Origin: Tubiluchus corallicola
Taxonomy: Eukaryota; Animalia; Priapulida
Assembly (NCBI GenBank): GCA_030141605.1
Contig: JAQGDQ010000205.1
Location: forward strand, 1 to 64,000
Length of the DNA: 64,000 nucleotides
Direction: 5' to 3'
Positions 55,531-64,000 of this stretch are shown here, piece by piece. How positions within the stretch are numbered: position 1 is the stretch's first letter; each line of letters begins with the position of its first letter. The translations under genes and the position numbers were made by a program. The notes beneath the pieces are model-generated. The model had not been told where the DNA came from and did not search any database. It saw only the letters and a list, made by a program, of their open reading frames with translations.

Positions 55531-57350
55531 TCACTATTCTTGTCATTAAGAATCAATCTGTGTTATGCTTCTGTTATGGTTCCAATTACTTGAACTATAT
55601 TTGATATAAAATTTTGCTAATTATACAGAAATAAACTACGAACAAAATGCAAAATTTATCAAAAACCACTGATAACATAATTATTGTACAAAAGAAGATT
55701 GCACGACAAAATACGTTCAAATTTACAACATTACTGCAAAATGTTGATAAAATTCACGATTTCAAAGTCATTGCCTAAAATTAATGCAAGTTTCTACATT
55801 GTGACCATGCAAGTAATCATTACAGCTATTTGGAAAGTCCTATTAGGAAGTTTTCACTATTGATCTGCTTCAGAACATGGTACTTATTAACATACATCAG
55901 AAGTTTTGACAGTACTTGCCCATAGCTCCACAAATATAATAAAACAGCTGAAGTAAAAGGCTGAACGAATCTTAGTAATTAATCATCTCATTGTACAATC
56001 TGAACACGGCTGCAAATTTCTTTACATTTTCAGAGCAATGATTACATTTATTGAAAAAAATGTAGTGCTAAAACAACTTAAAAACGATTACAGATGCCCA
56101 TACAAGTTTCTTACAAATATCTAAAATCAATAATTATAAACATAATAGACATTTCAATCCATATGAAAAAAAGGAATAATTATTATGAATAGTATGATAC
56201 TATAAATTATAATTTTGAGTAGTGCGCACGTACTGCAAATCATAATCGCAATTACATTGGAATTATTAAAAATCAATGAGATGCAATACAATAAACAAAG
56301 TAACAAATTTGACACTACTCTAAATGAAAACAATGAACCTTATTGTGACATAAAAACGAAACAGCTTTTCTGAAAGTCAAAAGAGCTTCATACAAATATG
56401 TTTAACAAAGAGAATTGCACAAAAAGCGGTCTTCCCACCGCAATATGTTACACATACGTATCGGAGATGACTGTTGTACTTGTGCATCGATTCAAATCTA
56501 TTAGGCAAGCTAATAAAGTTATTGGTTTGCAGGAAATTTTGGAAAAAGGCTAAAATTCTTGGATAACATGGTTTGTTGTTTCATGTTTTCTTAATGGACG
56601 AGAAGCTACAGAATCAATTACAAAAATTTATAGAATTTCAAAAAAAAAAGTCAGCAAGGCAAATAAATTACTGAATGTAAAGATCATGTAAACAAGTGAA
56701 GCCAAGATGAAGTGAAACTTGCTGCTAGGTGATATAAAAGCAGATCCTTCTCCATAAATTTTCCCATATTTTCCTTGACACTGACATGTTTTTAGGTATT
56801 TGGTAGTGTAATGTTACCATCGATTTTACACAGCTGCATAAGTGAACCACAAAAGCAAGTTCGTTGTTAAATCACATAAGTTTTGTAAAAAAACGTTGAT
56901 GAACAAGTGTAAGTGATCGTAATAACCTGTAAAGAAGGGGACAAAGAAAAAAGAGGTGACCGACAGGAGTATGCACCGTTAGTATCACTATGAATAAGCC
57001 ACAAATGCATCAATATTAATAAATTTTAGCAAAAAAATACAACTGCATCACTCTGGTTCAAATAGTGTTAGCGAGATAAATGTACTATACTGAGAAACCG
57101 TCTAGGCTTGTACATCACGAAAATAAGAGTAGTTTTTTAGCAAACATAAAATGTTCATAAAACATTTGTAGAACTTACAGAACCCGATAATTTACTCTAG
57201 AAGGTCATCTTGCTTCACCCTTTTCTAAATTATGTGAAATAATAGCATAATTAATGTTGAAACCACACAATTTGGTGAATCTACGTTAACTAAATTTGTA
57301 GCTACAGTAGCACTAAACTTACATCATTATTAATCGAAGATGGACTAGAA

Positions 57351-60300
57351 TCAGTGATGTGAGAATTTGAATTGATTTCTTCTGTGATAATCGTCTTTGC
57401 CGTGACTTCTGTGCATATAATTATTGCTGACAGCATCACTGTGATACGACTTATTGAATTTACTATTATGGTGAACATACCTACTATGTTGTTTCTGTTC
57501 AGCAAATTTCTGAAACAGATTTTTCTCATGAAATCTATTGTTTTCACGATCACGATGCTTTACTTTCTTCACTTTACCCTTATCAAGATCGACATCATCA
57601 TCATCATACGCGTACCTGTTTTTCAGATGCTCAGTCATTCTCTCAGTTTGAACATCTCTGTCTACGTAACTAACACCTTCATCCCAACTTAAAACATTTG
57701 CACCATATGCATGTAAATTTTGCTTGTTCAATTCGCGCACAGCTGATTTTGGCAGTGAGTGTGGTGAACGAGCCCACACAGGGAACTTATTAGTTCTATC
57801 ACCTGCAGCATTTGCTAAAAAATCTCTACTAGCAGGAATTGTTTGTTGCACACTGGAAGCAGATTTAGTCAAATCACGAGTTCCAGACGTCAATGTTTCT
57901 TTAGTTTTCTCAACCCACTGTACTTCGTACTCGTCTGCAGTAGTATCTTCGTCACAATGTGAATGCCTATGCTTTTTCTTATGTTTTTTATGCTTCTTCG
58001 TTTTTCTACGTGAATGTGATTCATCTGATGAGATGTCTGATCTATTATGGTGATTTCGATGGTGTGAATTACTTTTGTAATCAGTTGAGATTAACCTTTT
58101 CTTGTGCTTTGCTTTATCACTGCTGTTACTACCACTACTATGATGTCTTTCTGTGCGATTGTCAGAATAATGTTTATGGTTACTCTCTATGTCTGGTGTA
58201 TCAAACTTCCGTTTCTTACATTTTTTATCTTTCTGGCGTAAATCGTCTAAATGCCTACTGTGTGATGATTCGGGCAGCTTATCAGTCGATTCACTTTTTC
58301 GCAGTGTAAGTTTTATTGTACCATTGCACTCAGTCCTAATTTCTTTATTACAATTTGAACCAGTTGGTCGTTTTTCTTCTACATGGTTATCAGTACTATC
58401 ACTCTTTCGTTTCACAGTATTTCGGTCTACATTAGTTGTCACAGGCTTGTTACAGTTTTGTTGCTTGCCACATAGATTTTCAACAGTCCACTGACTCACG
58501 GCTTGATTCTGCTTGTGTAGCGCTTCTAGCGGGGAAAGACTTGTAGCGGTATTTTCAGTGACCGTCCAGTTACCAGATGTAGAATTTACAGAAGCCACAC
58601 TGGTATTACTACACTGTGAACCAGGTGATAAAAGATGGGGGGTCACATTCCATTGGGTTGAGGTACCGGTGATGCTTGAACTGTTTTTAAGACTAAGTGG
58701 ACTAAAAGTACGTTGAATACCTTGCAAATGAAAATTTCCATGATCACTTTTCGTTAGCTTATGAGTCGACTTCTGCTCATCAGCCACGGTATTTATACTT
58801 AGGGCTCTTGCATTTTTACAGTTCTCTACGCTGTTGCATACATTTCTAGCTGGTGACGTATCATTGGTACTTTGTAGACTGTTATTAACATGCACACTTT
58901 CAGCTTTCTTCAGTTTATTTTCAGCATCAGAATCATTTTCTGAAGTTGACTGATCCGCATAAGGTACCAACGAACGTCGTAGTTTAGAATTGGATCCTAC
59001 TCTTTTCAAGGTCAAAACAATCCTAGGTTTCTGGTTCTGTTCACTCACCTTCCCACTTTCACCTGTTTTCTCTGTAGATAGACTTGGATTTCCAGGTTTG
59101 GAAAAGCTGAAAGAAACAGGATTTCGTTTGTGCGCTAATTGAGCATTTTTTGAATTGCTGGGAGACAGTCCTGAAACAGACGGTAGAGTCGAGTTTTTCA
59201 TGTTAGCATATTTTACTGCTTCATTGATTGTTAATCCATGAGGTAACTTAGTATTAGGCATAGCATGATTTACAACATTGTCTGCTTTAATAATTGTTTT
59301 ATTCACAAAAGAAGCATTTCTAGAAGTCTCTGATGATTTGACTTGCACAGGGTTTGTGGACAAATGCAGCGGTCTTCCAATATTCTGAGGTCTCTCGGAT
59401 GTAACCGGTTCACTTTTGTTGGAAATGTTTTTACTGCTCTGTACAGGGTGGTTACGGATGTAAAATAAAACGTATGCATCCCCTTTGTTCATGACAGAGC
59501 AAGCATTTTTTACTTCGCGAACAACTGTGTCATTAAAAATGTGCCAGACCCCGTTAGAGCTTTTTGCATACGCGTAATAATGACCACTATTCAAGCCCAT
59601 CCCACTATGACATACTATTCCATACAAAGTGTACATGACTGGGGCTGCATCTCGACAAGTCATATATGGTCTAATATTCAGCTTATCAGGGTAAGCTACA
59701 GAATCGTGAATCTTCCGACCACACCCACCAATGGCAGCCATTTCAAAACGTTTCAATTGCAATGTCAAAACATTTGGCTCTTTTGCAACGGAGAAGCGTT
59801 TTAATGCAGTCACTTTGCAATTACAAACTTTACAGTTATAAGCATTCTCTTTCTGCAACAACTCCGGCTGGACAAACCTCTCCAAGGCTTTCTGAACAGA
59901 GACCATTCCTTTAATGTCTAAGCTGATATCCAAGAAGTGGTCAAACGTGTTTGACTTAGATTTACATTTCTGACACTGCACTTGTGACAAGTGATAGCCT
60001 CCAAATATCTGATCTATTACTGTTGTTTCTTTGCTATACCTATCCAAATCTTTTGGAAATGCTCTCAGGTAACTCTTCTGCCCAACATCGAGTATGTATC
60101 GCAAGAACTCGTGTGCATCCTCCTGACGACCTAAACGAAAGTGCTTAGCAATCTGCCTAACTTTACTAATAATTGCCTGAGGTCGTACAACACCGCCAGG
60201 TTGGCTCAGTACTCTTTTCATGTGCATGCTAAGATCACATAAAATACAAAAGCCCACAACAGAGCAATGACGACCGTGTTCGCCAGACATCAGATAATGA

Positions 60301-60749
60301 TTGAGTGGTGGAGTGTATGTCAGACACTGAAGAGTGGCATTCAAAAAGCACGTGTTGCCACAGTTCTCAAGGCCAGCTCCAACATTATAAATCTTTGTCC
60401 AATGCAAGTTTAACTTTTCTGCAGAGCACAAAACTGTTTTTGGTTTTACAAGACTTGTAGTTTCTTCTGATGGTTCCTTTGAAATAGTAGAAATCTTCTC
60501 ATGAATGTGGCTGGAACTAAATGCATTATCAAATGGTGGTACAGGGCTAAAGTTTAATGGCTTGTATTTTACCTTCAATTCATTTAAGTACGATATGCTT
60601 TCACCAGAAGATTCAAATTTTATATTTGTCAGTAAAACACGTTTTGACGATGCCACAAGTTTTTCTTCTAAAGTAGTTTCTTTCAATGACTCCTGCAGTG
60701 CACCAGAAATTGTCTGCTGCACGTCTGTTTCACCCAGCTGAGCAGGCAT
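57351..60749 (-). CDS. USP36: Ubiquitin carboxyl-terminal hydrolase 36 (USP36/42 family), ~1132 aa, single coding exon; 5'UTR intron acceptor at 60782
   Basis: Cys box GLENCGNTCFLNATLQCL, GRQEDAHEFL, His box CHSGMGLNSGHYYAY...WHIFND, K/H-rich basic tracts and C-terminal SWD...YDDDDVDLDKGKVKKVK. Start MPAQ lies 32 nt after TTTTTTCTTTCAG. Confidence 0.93.
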   Translation of the reverse strand: MPAQLGETDVQQTISGALQESLKETTLEEKLVASSKRVLLTNIKFESSGESISYLNELKVKYKPLNFSPVPPFDNAFSSSHIHEKISTISKEPSEETTSLVKPKTVLCSAEKLNLHWTKIYNVGAGLENCGNTCFLNATLQCLTYTPPLNHYLMSGEHGRHCSVVGFCILCDLSMHMKRVLSQPGGVVRPQAIISKVRQIAKHFRLGRQEDAHEFLRYILDVGQKSYLRAFPKDLDRYSKETTVIDQIFGGYHLSQVQCQKCKSKSNTFDHFLDISLDIKGMVSVQKALERFVQPELLQKENAYNCKVCNCKVTALKRFSVAKEPNVLTLQLKRFEMAAIGGCGRKIHDSVAYPDKLNIRPYMTCRDAAPVMYTLYGIVCHSGMGLNSGHYYAYAKSSNGVWHIFNDTVVREVKNACSVMNKGDAYVLFYIRNHPVQSSKNISNKSEPVTSERPQNIGRPLHLSTNPVQVKSSETSRNASFVNKTIIKADNVVNHAMPNTKLPHGLTINEAVKYANMKNSTLPSVSGLSPSNSKNAQLAHKRNPVSFSFSKPGNPSLSTEKTGESGKVSEQNQKPRIVLTLKRVGSNSKLRRSLVPYADQSTSENDSDAENKLKKAESVHVNNSLQSTNDTSPARNVCNSVENCKNARALSINTVADEQKSTHKLTKSDHGNFHLQGIQRTFSPLSLKNSSSITGTSTQWNVTPHLLSPGSQCSNTSVASVNSTSGNWTVTENTATSLSPLEALHKQNQAVSQWTVENLCGKQQNCNKPVTTNVDRNTVKRKSDSTDNHVEEKRPTGSNCNKEIRTECNGTIKLTLRKSESTDKLPESSHSRHLDDLRQKDKKCKKRKFDTPDIESNHKHYSDNRTERHHSSGSNSSDKAKHKKRLISTDYKSNSHHRNHHNRSDISSDESHSRRKTKKHKKHKKKHRHSHCDEDTTADEYEVQWVEKTKETLTSGTRDLTKSASSVQQTIPASRDFLANAAGDRTNKFPVWARSPHSLPKSAVRELNKQNLHAYGANVLSWDEGVSYVDRDVQTERMTEHLKNRYAYDDDDVDLDKGKVKKVKHRDRENNRFHEKNLFQKFAEQKQHSRYVHHNSKFNKSYHSDAVSNNYMHRSHGKDDYHRRNQFKFSHH

Positions 60750-61989
60750 TTTGGTAGTCTTAGTTAACACATTTGCTGAGCCTGAAAGAAAAAAATTTAA
60801 ACTCACGATGACTGTTGTTCAAAAATATGTTTGTAAATTTTATTCTAAATTTATAAACTTTATTCCTTTTAAATTACATATCAGTGCATTGTCATTACAG
60901 TAAGCAGCTACAGTGCATTTAGTCTTTCACATGCAATTTGAACCACAAATACCACAGTTAAAAAAGGACACTTGCACTAAGGATTCCATGCAAAAATATA
61001 GGTTAAAAATTTGTTTTCTTTAAAAAAAAGCGAGACACGGGTAAAAGAATGAACAGCACAGGACAAAAAATTGGTAAGCCACAAAAAAAAAATCAGAACG
61101 AAGAGAACAAAAAGTCCAAAATACTTTCACACTCCTACACTACAACGGACAAAAAATACCAATTTAATTATTTCAATTAAATGTTTACGTTTTCCATTTC
61201 ACACTATATTTTTTGTTTCCACACTATACTTTAGTTAACCTAGCAATATAACTACCTTCACTTTTTCATTCATTTATGCGTAATCACAGACAAAGTCCGG
61301 TATCTTGTCCAGTACTGCACTTCATATCTTCACAGCAGCTGGCGACCAGTTAAAAGTAACATTTAATACTTCTTGTTCACTCACAAAAACTGATTGATCA
61401 ATTTGGACAAATTGGTATAGGATAGCGAAGCACCTACTGGTAAACTTAAATGACAATAAACTTTTATTTTTTACTATAAGTGATGCGAAAAGCAAAAGCT
61501 AGACGAAAATCATGTTGAGATTTTTTTAAAAATAACTTAATTTTGCAAAAAACCAAAATTATACAAACAATTAATTGCAAACCACTTCGCCAATCGCCAT
61601 TATTGCCATTCACAAAAGGTGCAAACACCATTCGTCAGAAGTCTGCGAGAAAGTAGATTTATTTTCACTGCGGTTTTATTTACAAGCATGCGTCTATGTG
61701 TGAGCCTGTTGAAGACATGAATGTTGATCGGCACTCGCCGCTCGCCGCACAGATCGAGCAGCTGATTTGCGAAGCGATTGTAATATCGGATACGCTTAAG
61801 TTGCCTGCAAATGCAGTGTAGAACATGTGTTGGAATAATGAGGAGCTAAAGCACTTAAATCGATATGGTAGATTGATGCCAACAATATTATCAAGATCAA
61901 CTAAAAGCAGTTAGAGTATTGGTAAACCACAGGTGTATCGAACTATTCTGAGTCTGAGCTAGAGGTTTTTAGTTTTGTATGACAAATGG

Positions 61990-62800
61990 ATTGAAAATGA
62001 TTTGCTCGACAGCGGTCACTCGAAGCATGCAGAGAACAATTGTTGCCCCAAACCCTGGTGCATTGCTAAATATTTGCAGTTTATGTGCTTTGCTGCATTG
62101 ATTTGTAGTGTTTATTTAGACTCTTGAGACTGTTGAACCAGTTTAATTTGTTCACAGCATTGTTTGGCGGTCAAGTTAGAGCGGCAAATATTTACTGTTT
62201 GGTCACAACTTAATGTTAGGTTGTTTTGCGACAATTTTATGCAAATAGTACCTTCATCACAACTGCCAACTGCTATGTGATCGTGGATTAAATGATGGTA
62301 AACAAGTATCCCAAAATTCCCAAGATTTTGGCAATTCACGGACATCTGTGATAAAATCATTTACATTTTCACCTTTAGGTTGCACACGTAGACGAAAGTT
62401 ACAACATTCAACAACAACGACATTTTCTCACGAGCATAGCATTCTATTTCACTAAAGATGCAAGGTACCTTTTGCTTTTCTGCATCAGGAAGTTCAAGGT
62501 TAAAAATAATCTATAATTAAGAGTGTCTTTACAGTTTGCAATTACTGTATTACGCTGGGTTCGATTTTGTGCAGTACTTTTAGACCTGACAATTCGAAAT
62601 AAGAATCCCACTAGGTTGTCCATAAACTGAACTGCTGTTCCCGATAAATGTTTAGAGCTAGCATATCAGATCTGATACTATCTGAAATTAAAAGCATATG
62701 TGACGAGGCATTGCTATCAGGTAGGCTTGCATTACCTTCATGCCTATCGAAGTGCTCACCTGCACACCATTTATAGCTATACCATTGCGACCACACATGC
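61990..62800 (-). mobile_element. Decayed hAT (ZMYM1-like) transposase fragments
   Basis: NLGNF...CCEQIKLVQQSQESK and MKVMQAYL...LALNIYRE weakly recall the hAT DUF4371 region and C-terminal dimerisation motif. The order is non-colinear, so these are probably two remnants. Confidence 0.35.
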
Positions 62801-62990
62801 AAAAAATGTATGTTGAAACCATAATTTTAAGGCCTTGTAATAGGCCACTGAAGTTCACAGTTAAGTTTTACTGACAAGAAAAGAAAAGCCTTTTTGTATT
62901 TTTGTTTATTGACTCAAATAGTACAGGAAATAGTTAACAATTAAGGGAACCTTAATTATTTTGACTTTTGTAAGGTCAACAATCGAATGA

Positions 62991-63391
62991 TAGGGGTGAG
63001 CATCGAATGCTCGAATTCGATTCGAACGATGTTTTTTAGATCAAACTCGATTCGAATTCAAAACTATAGATTCGAATAATTCAGCACTTCAATCGCATAT
63101 GTTTTTTATCACTAAAACGATTGAAACATCATGCAATTAGCATAATTTAGCTGTCATGTCTGTGCACAATTTTAAAGAAATTACTAGTCGTTTTATTGCA
63201 GAACAAAATCTAGTGATATGCATGATCTTTGTAAGACTAATTTTTACTGGTGGTTCGAAAACTTGTTCGAAAATCTTGCAGTCTGAATTCGAATTCGGTT
63301 CGCATTAGAAACACTGGAGTTCCGTTCGATTCTAAAGTCACAAATTCGGTTTGACACGAATTCGCTTTCTGGTAGAGAATACTCACCCCTA
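62991..63391. mobile_element. hAT-superfamily MITE
   Basis: TIRs TAGGGGTGAGCAT / ATACTCACCCCTA; 8-bp TSD TCGAATGA / TTGAATGA; internal TTCGAA repeats. A solo copy of the left TIR lies at ~40969. Confidence 0.88.
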
Positions 63392-63439
63392 TTGAATGAA
63401 TGAACGGGAAGTCGGCCATCGCTATTGGAATTACGAGTA

Positions 63440-63577
63440 CGGGTACAAAACTCACAGAAAAAGGTCACAGGAAAAAAGAAATAACCCTAACCTTATCTCT
63501 AACCCTAGGCAAAGTTAATTGTGACTGTTTTGCCAGTCATTTTTTCCGTGACTTTTTTCCTGCGATTTTAGTACCGG
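63440..63577. mobile_element. Small inverted-repeat element enclosing CCCTAA (telomere-like) units
   Basis: GGTACAAAACTCACAGAAAAAGGTCACAGGAAAAA ... TTTTTCCGTGACTTTTTTCCTGCGATTTTAGTACC around TAACCCTAACCTTATCTCTAACCCTA. Confidence 0.7.
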
Positions 63578-64000
63578 TCACCGAAGGGCCATTTTTATCC
63601 TTTGTAGAATTTACGCCTTTAAAAAATGAATATTTTGTTTGGATTTTTATTCTAAGATCTCGAGTCGTTTTTCATTCAACCCCTAGACGGTAACCTCTAC
63701 CTCTGTCGTGACGTTTGCCATAGATGCATTGTTAAAAAACCTAAACCGAATCAACATTTCATTGAGGCTCGCTAGTGCGCAGTCTGTGCTACCGCGAAAA
63801 ATATGAGCAGTAACGCCGGTAAGTTGGGTTTGGACTGTTGGGTTTCCCTAATTTGATGGAGGTAATTTTGAGCGTCCATCTGCTGTTGTCGAAGTAATAT
63901 AGGTTGCCAGTGGTGTACCTCCGCTGGGTCTACGATTTTCTGAACTTGCTGTTGCAGATCTTGTAAAAATTGAACCTAAAGCTGCTACTAGTACTATGTA

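Noticed and set aside
57372-60741. Plus-strand ORFs overlapping USP36 (and 29726-31072 overlapping LAMP)
   Set aside because: Antisense shadows of real CDSs, with no recognisable domains or splice structure.
60750-60806. ORF-track N-terminal extension MSLNFFLSG of USP36
   Set aside because: It starts at a non-ATG codon and spans the TTTTTTCTTTCAG acceptor. MPAQ is the plausible start, although an upstream coding exon cannot be fully excluded.

Overview
AT-rich eukaryotic DNA from an invertebrate animal (a tunicate-like genome is a guess only), not prokaryotic. I reconstructed five protein-coding loci by hand from splice signals and translation. (1) Two late exons of an SLC5/SGLT-family Na+/solute symporter that appears to stop prematurely (12-915, +). 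(2) KIFAP3/KAP3: 18 coding exons, 797 aa (8988-26652, +), with two minor-spliceosome (U12) introns, one AT-AC and one GT-AG. (3) A LAMP1/2-like lysosomal glycoprotein: 2 coding exons, 467 aa (29692-33989, -). (4) An SLC27A1/4-like fatty-acid transport protein: 13 coding exons, 643 aa (36068-53206, +). (5) USP36 with its whole ~1132-aa CDS in one exon (57351-60749, -). Non-coding space holds TA-TSD (pogo/Tigger-like), hAT and Harbinger-like MITEs, RTE and L2/CR1 LINE 3' remnants, tRNA-derived SINEs and several decayed 5S rRNA copies. The most interesting signals are an AT-AC intron with in-frame tandem AC/AG acceptors and interleaved inverted repeats, minimal hammerhead-ribozyme motifs in an inverted Penelope-like repeat, a 5S-derived repeat family, and two genes with almost no coding introns. 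Family assignments come from recalled motifs, not database searches. I found no clearly new biological system.
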